The position numbers and the translations under genes were made by a program. Shown here piece by piece: positions 1 to 10,658 of a stretch of 32,000 bases of DNA. Position 1 is the stretch's first letter. The number at the start of each line of letters is the position of its first letter. This DNA comes from Calidithermus timidus DSM 17022 (GTDB lineage: Bacteria; Deinococcota; Deinococci; Deinococcales; Thermaceae): contig NZ_KB890703.1 of the NCBI RefSeq assembly GCF_000373205.1, positions 1-32,000 of the forward strand, given 5' to 3'. The notes under the pieces were generated by a model. It had not been told where the DNA came from, did not search any database, and was given only the letters and a program-made list of their open reading frames with translations.

Positions 1-838
<838 letters not shown>

Positions 839-958
839 ACTGAGTGCTTGCGGGTGAGCCCAGCCAGTTGCCGGGGCATGGCGTTGGCTGGGCAACCGCC
901 CTGAGAAGTGCTCCGCGGGCATTCTCATCAGCCTGTGGGGCAAAGAAGGTGAGAGAAG

Positions 959-1123
959 ATGGCTAGCGATGTAAGGATCAAGCTCCTGCTCGAGTGCACC
1001 GAGTGCAAGCGCCGTAACTACGCGACCGAGAAGAACCGGCGTAACACCACAGGCAAGCTCGAGCTCAAGAAGTTCTGTCCCTGGTGCAACAAGCACCTGC
1101 CGCACAAAGAAGTCAAGGTTTGA
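959..1123 (+). CDS. rpmG: 50S ribosomal protein L33
   Basis: Not in the ORF track (<60 aa). ATG 959, TGA 1121-1123. Translation is [54 protein letters not shown] (54 aa) with the CxxC...CxxC zinc knuckle of L33. SD-like GAAGGTGA at 945-952. Canonical position before secE. Confidence 0.9.
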   Translation: MASDVRIKLLLECTECKRRNYATEKNRRNTTGKLELKKFCPWCNKHLPHKEVKV

Positions 1124-1140
1124 GGGGTCGGGAGGTTCTC

Positions 1141-1359
1141 GTGGCAGAACGTACCGATACCCCTCGCCGTCCTTTCTTTCAGCGGATCGTCAACTACTTC
1201 CGCGAGGCCCGTGCGGAGCTGGCCAGGGTGACTTGGCCTACCCGCGAGGAGATCATCCAATCTACCCAGGCCATCTTGCTCTTCGCGTTCTTCGCCATGG
1301 TCATCCTGGGCCTCTACGACCTGGTCTTCCGCTTCCTGACGGGGCTGATCAACCGATGA
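1141..1359 (+). CDS. secE: Preprotein translocase subunit SecE
   Basis: Same frame as track ORF 1084..1359. I prefer GTG 1141, preceded by GGGAGG (1130-1135), because the ATG 1084 version would overlap rpmG. The C-terminal TM helix [20 protein letters not shown] and the position between rpmG and nusG fit SecE. Confidence 0.85.
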   Translation: MAERTDTPRRPFFQRIVNYFREARAELARVTWPTREEIIQSTQAILLFAFFAMVILGLYDLVFRFLTGLINR

Positions 1360-1913
1360 GCATCGAATGGTATGCGGTCCACACCTACGTGGGCTACGAA
1401 GACAAAGTCAAGCAGAACCTCGAGAAGCGGATCAAAGCCCTGAACATGCAGGACAAGATCTTTCAGGTGCTTATCCCGACGGAAGAGGTGGTGGAGCACC
1501 GCGAGGGCGGCAAGAAGGAAGTGGTCCGCCGCAAGCTCTACCCTGGCTACGTCTATGTCCAGGTCGACCTCGGGGATGAGGCTGGTGAAGTCAACGAAGC
1601 CTACGAAGTGGTGCGGGGTACCCCCGGAGTCACCGGATTCGTGGGTACAGCGACTCATCCGGTGCCGCTGAGCCCCGACGAGGTGCAGCACCTGCTGGAA
1701 GTCAGCGGGTTGGCTGGCAAGAAAGAGACCCCCAAACCTCAGGTTTCCTTCAAGGAAGGCGAGGTGGTGCGGGTCATCAGCGGACCCTTCGCCGACTTTA
1801 CGGGAGTGGTCAGCGAGATCAACCCTGAGCGCAACAAGGTCAAGGTGCTGGTCTCCATCTTTGGGCGCGAGACCCCTGTGGAACTCGACTTTGCCCAGGT
1901 GGTTCGCTCCTAA
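1356..1913 (+). CDS. nusG: Transcription termination/antitermination factor NusG
   Basis: ATG 1356 overlaps the secE stop (ATGA). The protein begins [26 protein letters not shown]... (NGN domain) and ends with the KOW motif ...[48 protein letters not shown]. Confidence 0.95.
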   Translation: MSIEWYAVHTYVGYEDKVKQNLEKRIKALNMQDKIFQVLIPTEEVVEHREGGKKEVVRRKLYPGYVYVQVDLGDEAGEVNEAYEVVRGTPGVTGFVGTATHPVPLSPDEVQHLLEVSGLAGKKETPKPQVSFKEGEVVRVISGPFADFTGVVSEINPERNKVKVLVSIFGRETPVELDFAQVVRS

Positions 1914-1996
1914 GGAGCCCTTAGCCTCCGATCCCCAGCGCCTTCGTGGCGCAGGCGATAACACCTCGAATTTCGAGGGAGCCAAAGGAGAAACAA

Positions 1997-2423
1997 ATGA
2001 AGAAGGTACAAGCAGTCGTCAAACTCCAGCTTCCCGCTGGAAAAGCAACCCCCGCACCGCCCGTAGGCCCTGCGCTGGGTCAACACGGCGCCAACATCAT
2101 GGAGTTCGTCAAGGCCTTCAACGCGGCCTCGGCCAACATGGGCGATGCCATCGTACCGGTGGAGATCACCATCTACTCCGACCGTTCCTTCACCTTCATC
2201 ACCAAGACCCCGCCCGCTTCCTACCTCATCCGCAAGGCTGCCGGCATCGAGAAAGGCAGCCAGAAGCCGGGTCGCGAGAAGGTGGGTAAGATCACTTGGG
2301 AGCAGTGCCTGGCCATTGCCAAGCAGAAGATGGCCGACATGAACGCCACTGACCTGGAGGCCGCCGCACACCAAATCGCCGGTTCAGCCCGCAGCATGGG
2401 CTTGGAAGTCGTGGGGGTGCCCA

Positions 2424-2431
<8 letters not shown>
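1997..2431 (+). CDS. rplK: 50S ribosomal protein L11
   Basis: ATG 1997 follows AAGGAG (1985-1990). The protein begins [43 protein letters not shown]..., a classic L11 N-terminus. The upstream part of the track ORF (from 1946) is non-coding leader. Confidence 0.95.
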
Positions 2432-3113
<682 letters not shown>

Positions 3114-3131
3114 AGTGGTTCCCACCAATAC

Positions 3132-3166
3132 CGCCTACAGCGCCCCCTTGCTGTAGGCGCTAATTT
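3132..3166 (+). terminator. Hairpin terminator candidate after rplA
   Basis: A 10-bp perfect stem, CGCCTACAGC (3132-3141) / GCTGTAGGCG (3150-3159), with an 8-nt loop, followed by CTAATTT. Confidence 0.5.
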
Positions 3167-3203
3167 ACGTTGCACCGCGTGCGGCGATAAAGGCCTTACC
3201 GTC

Positions 3204-3228
3204 AAAGCCCTCTACAGCGGGGCTTTTT
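3204..3228 (+). terminator. Second intrinsic-terminator-like hairpin in the rplA/hrpB convergent gap
   Basis: Stem AAAGCCC (3204-3210) / GGGCTTT (3220-3226) with a 9-nt loop and a run of five T (3224-3228). It could also serve the convergent hrpB on the other strand. Confidence 0.45.
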
Positions 3229-3330
3229 CAAAGTGCCAGTGGCCAGGAGGCCTCGAGGCTCAAGGGCTGACGAGCCCTAGCGCTCGAGCCCGCACCGGGA
3301 CGGCTTATACCGGATTCAAAAAGATACTCA

Positions 3331-5814
3331 TCAGCCACTCTGCGCCCGCTTGGTCTTGTGGGTGGGCTTGGCGCTCCAGGGGTCTTCGGGCCAGGGGTGC
3401 TTGTTGTAGCGGCCTCGCAACTCCTTGCGAACTTCGGGGTAGGTGGTGTTCCAGAAGCTGCGCAGGTCCTGCGTCACCTGGATGGGGCGCTGGGCGGGGG
3501 AGAGCAAGTGGAGCATCACGGGGGTGCGGCCCGCGTTGATGCGAGGGGTGTCGGCGAGGCCGAAGAGTTCCTGGAGCTTGACCGCCAGGACGGGGGGGCT
3601 GCCGTCGGGGGAGTAGGTGAGGCGCACCAGCGAACCGCTGGGCACCTCGAGCCGCGTGGGGGCCAGCTCGTCGAGCCGAGCGGGCAGGGGCCAGGGCAGC
3701 AGGCCGGTGAGGATGGAGGCCAGCTCGAGCCGGGCGAAGTCCTCGCGGCGCGAGACCCGGCCCAGCCAGGGGGCCAGCCAGTGCTCGAGGGTCTGAAGCA
3801 GGTGCTCATCGGAAACGTCGGGCCACTCCTCGCCGTTCCAGCGACGCAGGCTGAGCACGCGGGCTTGCCACTGGCGCAGCTGCTCGGTCCAGGGCAGCAG
3901 CCCCAGTCCTTCAGAGCGCACCACCTCCAGCAGGATTTCGACCCGCTTGCCTTCGGGGATCTCCCGCAAGGGCTCGCTGCTCAGCGTTACCTCGCCGATG
4001 CGGCGCTCGCGACGGGCGACCAGGGCTCCTGCCCGGTAATTCCACTCCACCACCCCAGTCTCGCGGGCGAAGGGCTCGAGGTCTTTGGGGTGTACGGGAG
4101 CGGCCAGGAAGATGCGGCCTTCGTCGCTCCCGGCGTCGAGGTGGGCCACGCTGAGCCACGCGGAGCCCAGCAGAGGGTCGCCCTCCTCCAGCCGCACCCC
4201 CCGGCCCGCGGAGAGGCGGTAGCGGTGGGGGTCGCCCTCGCGCTGGCGGGCCAGGCGGTCGGGGTAGGCCAGGGCCAGCAGCAGTCCGACGCTATGGGGG
4301 TCGGGGGGGGCGTCGTCGGCGGCGACGCCCAGCATCCGCCGCCACTGCTGGCTCAGGCGCTCGATGCGGGCGAGCAGGGCCGCCTCGGCGCGGTGGGGGC
4401 TCGAGCCCTTGCCCCGCCACTGCCGCAGGGCCTCGACCCGCAGGCTTAGGTCGGCCCCGGCGCCGCGGGGGAGGGGGTCGCGCTCCTCGAGCAGCGCGGC
4501 CACGTCGGCGGCGAGGGCCTCGAGGCCCAGGCGCTGCGACTCGAGCAGCAGGTGGGCCAGGCGGGGGTGGGTGGGCCACTCCAGCATCGCGCGGCCCCGC
4601 TCGGTGAGGCGGCCTTCCTCGAGCGCTCCCAGCGCCTCCAACAGGGCCCGAGCCTGCCGCAGGGCGCCGGGCGGGGGTGGCGTGACCCAGCCCAGGCCGG
4701 AGGTCTCCTGCACGCCCCAACCGGCCAGCTCGAGCAGCAGCGGGGCGAGGTCGGCCTCGAGGATCTCCGGCTTCCGCTGGGGTTGCAAGGTGGCGTGGGT
4801 GGCCTCGCTCCACAGCCGGTAGGCGACGCCCGGCCCCAGCCGCCCGGCCCGCCCGGCCCGCTGATCGGCGGAGTCTTGGGTGAGGCGCACGGTCTCGAGG
4901 CGGGTCAGGCCGCTCCTCGAGTCGAAGCGGGGGACCCTGGAGTAGCCCGAGTCCACCACCACCCGCACGCCCTCGATGGTCAGGCTGGTCTCGGCGATGG
5001 AGGTCGCCAGTACCACCTTGCGTCGCCCTGAGGGGTCGGGGAGCAGGGCCTGTTGCTGGGCCTCGAGCGATAGGTCGCCGTAAAGGGGCAGCACGCGCAC
5101 TTCGGGGTGACGCTCCTCCAGCAGGCGCTGGGTACGACGGATCTCGGCGACGCCGGGCAGGAAGGCCAGCACGTCGCCCTCGTGGGCGGCGAGGGCTCTC
5201 GAGACCGCCCCCGCCACCGTGCCGGAGATCGGCCCCTCGGGGTCACGGGGGAGGTAGACGCGCTCGACGGGGTACTGCCGCCCCTGCGCCGTGACGACCG
5301 GGGCGAGGAGCAGGCGGCTCAGTCCATCGCCGTCGAGCGTGGCCGACATCAGCAGCACGCGCAGGTCCTCGCGCAGCGCGGCCTGCACCTCGCGGGTGAG
5401 CACCAGTCCCAGGTCGGCCTGTAGCGAGCGCTCGTGGAACTCGTCGAAGATCACCAGCCCCACGCCCTCGAGGGTGGGGTCGCGCTGCAACTGGCGGGTG
5501 AGGATGCCCTCGGTGAGTACCTCGAGGCGCGTCCTGTTGCTCACCCGGCTCTCGAAGCGCACCCGGTAGCCCACCGTCTGGCCCGGCTCCTCGCCCAGCA
5601 GGGAAGCCATGCGCTGGGCTACGCTGCGGGCGGCCAGGCGGCGGGGCTCGAGCATGAGGATCTTCTGTCTTGCTAGCCAGGGCTCTTGCAGGAGCTCGAG
5701 CGGCGCCACCGTGCTCTTGCCTGCGCCGGGAGGGGCCTGCAGCAGGACGGTGGTGTGCCGGGCGAGGGCTTCGCGGAGGGCTGGGAGGGCCTGGTAGATG
5801 GGAAGGTCGGTCAT
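3331..5814 (-). CDS. hrpB: ATP-dependent RNA helicase HrpB (DEAH box)
   Basis: 827 aa with Walker A QAPPGAGKST, DEFHER (DEAH-type), SATL and QRAGRAGR motifs, plus the long HrpB-type C-terminal domain. Confidence 0.9.
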   Translation of the reverse strand: MTDLPIYQALPALREALARHTTVLLQAPPGAGKSTVAPLELLQEPWLARQKILMLEPRRLAARSVAQRMASLLGEEPGQTVGYRVRFESRVSNRTRLEVLTEGILTRQLQRDPTLEGVGLVIFDEFHERSLQADLGLVLTREVQAALREDLRVLLMSATLDGDGLSRLLLAPVVTAQGRQYPVERVYLPRDPEGPISGTVAGAVSRALAAHEGDVLAFLPGVAEIRRTQRLLEERHPEVRVLPLYGDLSLEAQQQALLPDPSGRRKVVLATSIAETSLTIEGVRVVVDSGYSRVPRFDSRSGLTRLETVRLTQDSADQRAGRAGRLGPGVAYRLWSEATHATLQPQRKPEILEADLAPLLLELAGWGVQETSGLGWVTPPPPGALRQARALLEALGALEEGRLTERGRAMLEWPTHPRLAHLLLESQRLGLEALAADVAALLEERDPLPRGAGADLSLRVEALRQWRGKGSSPHRAEAALLARIERLSQQWRRMLGVAADDAPPDPHSVGLLLALAYPDRLARQREGDPHRYRLSAGRGVRLEEGDPLLGSAWLSVAHLDAGSDEGRIFLAAPVHPKDLEPFARETGVVEWNYRAGALVARRERRIGEVTLSSEPLREIPEGKRVEILLEVVRSEGLGLLPWTEQLRQWQARVLSLRRWNGEEWPDVSDEHLLQTLEHWLAPWLGRVSRREDFARLELASILTGLLPWPLPARLDELAPTRLEVPSGSLVRLTYSPDGSPPVLAVKLQELFGLADTPRINAGRTPVMLHLLSPAQRPIQVTQDLRSFWNTTYPEVRKELRGRYNKHPWPEDPWSAKPTHKTKRAQSG

Positions 5815-6390
5815 TCAGGCAAAAGTGCCCCGGTAGATGTCGGTGAAGCCAAGGGTCCCCTCGAGGCAAGGAAGCGGTACCTCGGCACTGCCGGTGAGGT
5901 CTTGCTGCTGCCAGCGGCCTTCCGTGTCGCGCCAGAAGTGACGTACGGTCATCGTCTCGCTGTCGACGATCAGGTAGGTTTGCAGGCTGGGGATGCTCTG
6001 GTAAGCCAGCACCTTTTCGCGCAGGTCCACACCGCGGGTGCTGGGGGAAAGTACCTCGACCAGGATGCAGGGTTCGGTTTCGTAATAGTCGTGGGGCGCC
6101 GGCTTGCCGCAAACTGCCATCACGTCGGGGTAGTAGAATGCCTTCTCGAAGTCGGAGGTTTTCGGGCTGCCGATGAGCAATTTCATCTCGGCCATGTGCA
6201 CTCGGCAGGGCCGGCCCTCGGCCATTCGGCGCAGCGCTACGGCGATGTTGAGCGAGATCAGCGAGTGCTGCTGGCTGGCCCCCGCCGTGGCGTAGACCTG
6301 CCCCCCCACGTACTCGCGCTTGAAGGGGCTTTGCGCTTCGGTCTCGAGGTATTCCTCGACCGAAAGAGGCTTGAGTACCGGCCTGACCAT
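5815..6390 (-). CDS. Uma2 (DUF820) family putative endonuclease
   Basis: 191 aa. The profile (...EYVGGQVYATAGASQQHSLISLNI..., ...PDVMAV..., ...ILVEVLSPST..., ...K...Y) fits the Uma2/PD-(D/E)xK-like family as I remember it. Its stop TGA (5815-5817) directly abuts the hrpB ATG (5812-5814). Confidence 0.75.
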   Translation of the reverse strand: MVRPVLKPLSVEEYLETEAQSPFKREYVGGQVYATAGASQQHSLISLNIAVALRRMAEGRPCRVHMAEMKLLIGSPKTSDFEKAFYYPDVMAVCGKPAPHDYYETEPCILVEVLSPSTRGVDLREKVLAYQSIPSLQTYLIVDSETMTVRHFWRDTEGRWQQQDLTGSAEVPLPCLEGTLGFTDIYRGTFA

Positions 6391-6493
6391 GGCTTCAGTC
6401 TAGCGCAGGGTGGGGAGGGGGTAGGGGTCGGTCGTCGGCCTTCAGTGCTTCGTCGGGGGCCAGGGCGTACGACCCACGTTCGGCGCCCAGCCT

Positions 6494-7945
6494 TCAAACG
6501 TTATAGCTGCTGCTGCTGGTTTTCCCGCCCCGCCCGGTCCAGTTGCTGTGGAAGAACTGCCCGCGCGGCTTGTCGGTGCGCTCGTAGGTGTGGGCGCCGA
6601 AGTAGTCGCGCTGGGCCTGGACCAAGTTGGTGGGGAGGGTGGCGCTGCGGTAGCCGTCGAAGTAGGCCAGCGCGCTGCTGAAGGCCGGGGTCCAGACCCC
6701 GTGCAGCACGGCGGTCGCCACCACCTGTCGCCAGGCGGCCTGCGAGCTCTGGATGATCCGGGCGAAGTAGTCGTCGAGCAGCAGGTTTTGCAAGTGGGGG
6801 TTTTTGTCGTAGGCCCCCTTGATGTTCTCGAGGAAGCGCGCGCGGATGATGCAACCCTCGCGCCACATCAGGGCGATGGAGCCGTAATCGAGCTCCCAGC
6901 CGAACTCCTCCGCGGCCATGCGCATGAGCTGGTAGCCCTGGGCGTAGGAGCAGATTTTGGAGGCGTAGAGCGCTTGCCGCACCTGCTCGACGAAGGCCTG
7001 CCGGTCGCCGTGGAACTCGGCCTTGGGCCCCTCGAAGATCCTCGAGGCGGCTACCCGCTCGTCCTTGAGGGCACTGAGGCAGCGGGCGAACACCGCCTCG
7101 GCGATGGTGCTGCTGGGGCTGCCGATGTCGAGCGCGGTAACGCTGGTCCACTTGCCCGTGCCCTTCTGGCCGGCGGCGTCGAGGATCACGTCCACCAGGT
7201 CTTTGCCGGTCTCCTGGTCCTTCTTGGTGAGGATGTCGGCGGTGATCTCGATGAGGTAGCTGTCGAGCTCGCCTTCGTTCCACCGGGCGAAGATCTCGGC
7301 GATCTCGGCGTTGGAGAAGCCCAGCACCGCGCGCAGCAGGCTGTAGGCTTCGGCGATCATCTGCATGTCGCCGTACTCGATGCCGTTGTGCACCATCTTG
7401 ACGAAGTGGCCTGCCCCGTCCGGTCCCACCCAGTCGCAGCAAGGGGAGCCATCGGCCACCTTGGCCGCGATGGCCTGGAAGATGGGCTTGACGTGCTCCC
7501 AGGCCGCCGGATTGCCCCCCGGCATGATCGAGGGGCCGTGCAGCGCACCCTCTTCCCCCCCCGAGACCCCGGCGCCCACGAAGAGCAGGCCCCGCTCGGC
7601 CAGGTAGCGGGTGCGGCGGTTGGTGTCGGCGTAGTGGCTGTTGCCCCCGTCGATGACGATGTCGCCGGGCTCCAAGAGGGGCAGCAATTGCTCGATGGTG
7701 GCGTCCACGGCGCTGCCCGCTTTGATCATGAGCATGACCTTACGCGGGCGCTCGAGCATCCCCACGAACTCCTCCAGCGAGTATGCGCCCAGGATGCTCT
7801 TCCCCGCGGCTCGGCCTTCGACGAACTCCCGCACCTTCTGGGTGGTGCGGTTGTACGCGGCCACGGTGAAGCCCTTGGACGCCATGTTGAGGATGAGGTT
7901 TTCCCCCATCACCGCCAGACCGATCACGCCGATATTTGCTTGCAT
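6494..7945 (-). CDS. gnd: NADP-dependent 6-phosphogluconate dehydrogenase (decarboxylating)
   Basis: I prefer ATG at 7943-7945 ([26 protein letters not shown]..., a Rossmann GxxGxxG) with GGGAG upstream. The track ORF extends 50 codons further without homology. 483 aa, typical Gnd length and motifs (...GGNSHY..., ...[12 protein letters not shown]...). Confidence 0.92.
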   Translation of the reverse strand: MQANIGVIGLAVMGENLILNMASKGFTVAAYNRTTQKVREFVEGRAAGKSILGAYSLEEFVGMLERPRKVMLMIKAGSAVDATIEQLLPLLEPGDIVIDGGNSHYADTNRRTRYLAERGLLFVGAGVSGGEEGALHGPSIMPGGNPAAWEHVKPIFQAIAAKVADGSPCCDWVGPDGAGHFVKMVHNGIEYGDMQMIAEAYSLLRAVLGFSNAEIAEIFARWNEGELDSYLIEITADILTKKDQETGKDLVDVILDAAGQKGTGKWTSVTALDIGSPSSTIAEAVFARCLSALKDERVAASRIFEGPKAEFHGDRQAFVEQVRQALYASKICSYAQGYQLMRMAAEEFGWELDYGSIALMWREGCIIRARFLENIKGAYDKNPHLQNLLLDDYFARIIQSSQAAWRQVVATAVLHGVWTPAFSSALAYFDGYRSATLPTNLVQAQRDYFGAHTYERTDKPRGQFFHSNWTGRGGKTSSSSYNV

Positions 7946-8114
7946 GTTCACTCCCTCGAAGTGTCCTCTGGCTTCCCGGTACACCGGGCCAGCGAAGGAT
8001 TGGGTTGGGGGCGGGTTCGAAGACAGGGCGACGGACCCCGGCGAACCCCCCGCTAGCATAGCAGCCCCTCGAGGGGTCCTAGCCCTTGCTCGCAACCTCG
8101 TCTAAAGTAACCCA

Positions 8115-9341
8115 ATGCGACTGACCATCGAAAAACTGATTCCCGGCGGCTTGGGCTTGGCCCGCACGCCCGAGGGGGTGGCCCTGGTGCGGGGCGGGTT
8201 GCCGGGGGAGGTGGTGGAAGCATCCCTCGAGCGGCGCAAGAACCACTGGGAAGGAGAGGTGAAGGAGGTGCTCGAGCCCCACCCCCAGCGGGAAGGAGGC
8301 CCCTGGCCCCCTTCGGTAGACCTTCCCCTGGCCTATGAAGCCCAGCTACCCATCAAGGCCGCTTTCGTGCAGGAGGCACTCGAGCGCATCGCCAAGCTGG
8401 AGGCGGGGCTCGAGCCCATCCAGCCCTCGCCCCGGCCCCTGGGCTACCGGGCGGCGGCGCAGTACGCGGTGATGCCGGGTGGGGGGCTGGCCTACCGCTT
8501 GCCGGGGACCCACAACCTGCTGCTGCTCGAGCACGACCCCCTGCTGGCCCCACCGTTGGCGCGGGCCTTCGAGCAGGTTAAGCCGCTGCAGTTGGCCTGC
8601 CTCGAGCTCGCCCTGCGCGGCAGCCTGCGCGGGGGTAAGGTGCTGCTGGGGTTCATCGGGGGTGACCCCAAGCGCCTGCAGTCGGTGGCCCGTGAGCTGC
8701 TGGGCTCGAGTCCGGACATCGTGGGCGTGGTCTGGGCTGAGGACCACCCCGCAGGGCGCTTCCGCGGGCGGGTGCAGGCCCTCGCGGGGGCGGGAACGCT
8801 TTTGGAGGACTTCGGGGGCGTGCTCTGTAGCGTCAGCGTGCAGAGCTTTGCCCAGGTGAATCCCGAGGCGGCGGGGCAGATGTACCTCGAGGCCGCCCGG
8901 CTCGCGGGTAAAGGGGAAAGAGCCGTAGAACTCTACGCTGGAAGCGGGGTGCTGAGCTTTCACCTAGCGCAGGGTTTTGGGGAGGTGCTGGCGGTGGAGA
9001 TCAGCAAGGACGCGGTGAGGCGGGGGGAAGCCGACAAGGCCCGGCTGGGAACTGCCAACCTGCGCTTCCACCGGGGCGATGCCAGCGAACTTGCCAAGCT
9101 GGGGGCCGCCGACCTCGTCGCTGTGGACCCCCCCAGGGCCGGACTCTCGCCCCAGACCCTGCAGGCACTGCTCGAGACCCGCCCTGCCCGCCTGCTCTAT
9201 ATCTCCTGCGACCCTGCCACCTGGGCGCGGGACGTGGGGCGCCTGGTGCGGGGGGGCTACCGGCTCCGCTTCGCACGCCCCTACGACTTTTACCCCTATA
9301 CCCACCACGTCGAGGTGCTGAGCTTGCTGACGCTGGCGTGA
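8115..9341 (+). CDS. SAM-dependent RNA (uracil-5)-methyltransferase, TrmA/RlmD family
   Basis: 408 aa with an N-terminal TRAM/PUA-like segment, SAM motif [16 protein letters not shown], motif [10 protein letters not shown], and [12 protein letters not shown] containing the family's catalytic Cys. Confidence 0.8.
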   Translation: MRLTIEKLIPGGLGLARTPEGVALVRGGLPGEVVEASLERRKNHWEGEVKEVLEPHPQREGGPWPPSVDLPLAYEAQLPIKAAFVQEALERIAKLEAGLEPIQPSPRPLGYRAAAQYAVMPGGGLAYRLPGTHNLLLLEHDPLLAPPLARAFEQVKPLQLACLELALRGSLRGGKVLLGFIGGDPKRLQSVARELLGSSPDIVGVVWAEDHPAGRFRGRVQALAGAGTLLEDFGGVLCSVSVQSFAQVNPEAAGQMYLEAARLAGKGERAVELYAGSGVLSFHLAQGFGEVLAVEISKDAVRRGEADKARLGTANLRFHRGDASELAKLGAADLVAVDPPRAGLSPQTLQALLETRPARLLYISCDPATWARDVGRLVRGGYRLRFARPYDFYPYTHHVEVLSLLTLA

Positions 9342-9365
9342 CCGGCTATTCTTAGCCTTACGCCT

Positions 9366-9587
9366 ATGGAAATCGAAGCCATGATCACCCTGCGCCTGGA
9401 ACTACCCGACGATACCGACCTCGACGACCTTACCCTCGAGCTCGACGAAGAAGGCCGCATCCAGTTCATGGCGGCTGGCGAGGTTGTAGCCGACGGCGCC
9501 TCCATCATCGATTACAGCCTCGACGACGTGGAAGAGGTCGAAGAGGATGAATATGACGATTACGACGATGAAGACGAGGAGCAGTAA
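9366..9587 (+). CDS. Small, extremely acidic hypothetical protein (73 aa)
   Basis: ORF MEIEAMITLRLELPDDTDLDDLTLELDEEG...VEEVEEDEYDDYDDEDEEQ. A -10-like TAGCCT (9353-9358) lies 7 nt before the ATG, the leaderless-type pattern seen elsewhere in this window. I recognise no family. Confidence 0.5.
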   Translation: MEIEAMITLRLELPDDTDLDDLTLELDEEGRIQFMAAGEVVADGASIIDYSLDDVEEVEEDEYDDYDDEDEEQ

Positions 9588-9632
9588 GCTTGATCGAGCT
9601 TGAGGGCCTCGCGTCCAAGACTCAGGGGTGCT

Positions 9633-9654
9633 CCCTCTCCGCCGGTGGGGAGGG
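9633..9654. terminator. GC-rich hairpin in the convergent gap 9588-9733
   Basis: CCCTCTCC (9633-9640) / GGGGAGGG (9647-9654) forms 8 bp including one G-T, with loop GCCGGT. It is nested inside a longer-range pairing GCCTCGCG (about 9606-9613) / CGCGAGGC (about 9676-9683). No clear U-tract. Confidence 0.3.
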
Positions 9655-9733
9655 GTAAGCGTGAGTCACCAACCCGCGAGGCGCCCTGGCTATCGACTAC
9701 CGGCCATCTGCTCGGTGACTTCTGCGCGTGCCA

Positions 9734-10531
9734 TTAAAGCTTATCCTTGCCCTCCGGGGCCATAGCCTCCAGTTTTTCCGCTTTCTTGGGTCTGGCCCCA
9801 ACATAGCGGGTTGCCGTCCAGATCAGCACTGCGGCGAAGACCATGCGTAGCCAGAACTCGGGTAGGTGATTGGCGATGAGGCTGCTCACGAAGGCTCCGA
9901 TTAGAATTCCCGCGATCAGGCCCGGCAGTGTCGGCTGGTCTACGTTGCCGTAGCGGTAGTGGGTGATTGAACCCACGATGGCCGAGGGAACCATCGCCAG
10001 CAGCGAGGTGCCCTGTGCGGTGTGCTGCTCGAGGCCCACCAGCAAGACCATGATGGGCACGATGATGGTTCCTCCCCCAACCCCCATCAGCCCCGAGGCG
10101 AAGCCCGCCGCCATTCCCGTCAACACCAGCGGGATCACCCGTACCCAGCCCTGCAAGGGTTCCTCGACGTGGGGGATGTAGGGCTTGAGGATCAGACTGA
10201 GGGCGATCACCACCAGATACCAGCCGAATACCCGCTTGAGCCTCCACTCCGGCAGGGCGTTGGCGTAGCGAGCCCCCAGGTTGGCCGTGATCATCGCGGT
10301 GGGAAAGATCAACAGCGCGGCTAGCCAGTCCACCGAGCCCTGAGTGGCGTAGGTGAGGGCTCCGGTGAGGCCGGTGAAGACCACCATAACCAAGCTGGTG
10401 GCGACGGCTTTGTGCTGACTTAGCTTGAGAAAGCTGACCATCAGGGGTACGGCGATGACCCCGCCGCCCAGGCCCACCAGCCCGCCAAAGGCCCCGCTCG
10501 CCAGCCCGATCCATAGACTCGAGAGTTTCAC
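9734..10531 (-). CDS. TSUP family (TauE/SafE) sulfite/anion exporter-like permease
   Basis: 265 aa polytopic membrane protein with the two-fold GGG(V/T)I(A/I)VP repeats (GLGGGVIAVPLMV and GVGGGTIIVPIMV) typical of TauE/SafE. GTG start at 10531. Confidence 0.85.
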   Translation of the reverse strand: MKLSSLWIGLASGAFGGLVGLGGGVIAVPLMVSFLKLSQHKAVATSLVMVVFTGLTGALTYATQGSVDWLAALLIFPTAMITANLGARYANALPEWRLKRVFGWYLVVIALSLILKPYIPHVEEPLQGWVRVIPLVLTGMAAGFASGLMGVGGGTIIVPIMVLLVGLEQHTAQGTSLLAMVPSAIVGSITHYRYGNVDQPTLPGLIAGILIGAFVSSLIANHLPEFWLRMVFAAVLIWTATRYVGARPKKAEKLEAMAPEGKDKL

Positions 10532-10658
10532 AACAGGGTTATACCATGAGATTTTGAATCCAAAAATTCGCTTGGACTAAGGCGCCATCGGGGTGTTCGC
10601 CAGCGTGGGGTACTGACCTATCGCGTTCCGACATTTGCGCCGCACCGCGTGAGGGGCT

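Noticed and set aside
839-958. A possible tRNA or terminator between tuf and rpmG (hairpin CCCAGCCA/TGGCTGGG at 859-892).
   Set aside because: It has no cloverleaf and no T-loop consensus (GTTCGAATC-like). The hairpin has an 18-nt loop and no U-tract, so it was not called as a feature.
1914-1996. An L1-binding autoregulatory leader upstream of rplK (hairpin CCTCGA-ATT-TCGAGG followed by GGAGCC and the SD).
   Set aside because: It is plausible by analogy with the E. coli L11 operon, but I cannot verify the L1 recognition motif by eye. It needs a covariance-model search, so it was not called.
3358-4449. Long antisense ORFs across host genes, for example 3358..4449(+), 5243..6112(-), 5686..6681(+), 6548..8056(+), 28530..29453(+), 29481..30407(+) and 30762..32000(-).
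   Set aside because: They lie opposite to genes with unmistakable conserved motifs (hrpB, gnd, valS, apbC). Their translations are Arg/Pro/Gly/Ala-rich low-complexity sequence, which is typical of stop-codon-poor antisense frames in high-GC DNA.
8065-8076. A perfect 12-bp palindrome CCCCTCGAGGGG in the gnd/methyltransferase divergent region, as a possible operator.
   Set aside because: CTCGAG-centred palindromes are ubiquitous in this genome, and there is no second half-site or associated regulator. The evidence is insufficient.
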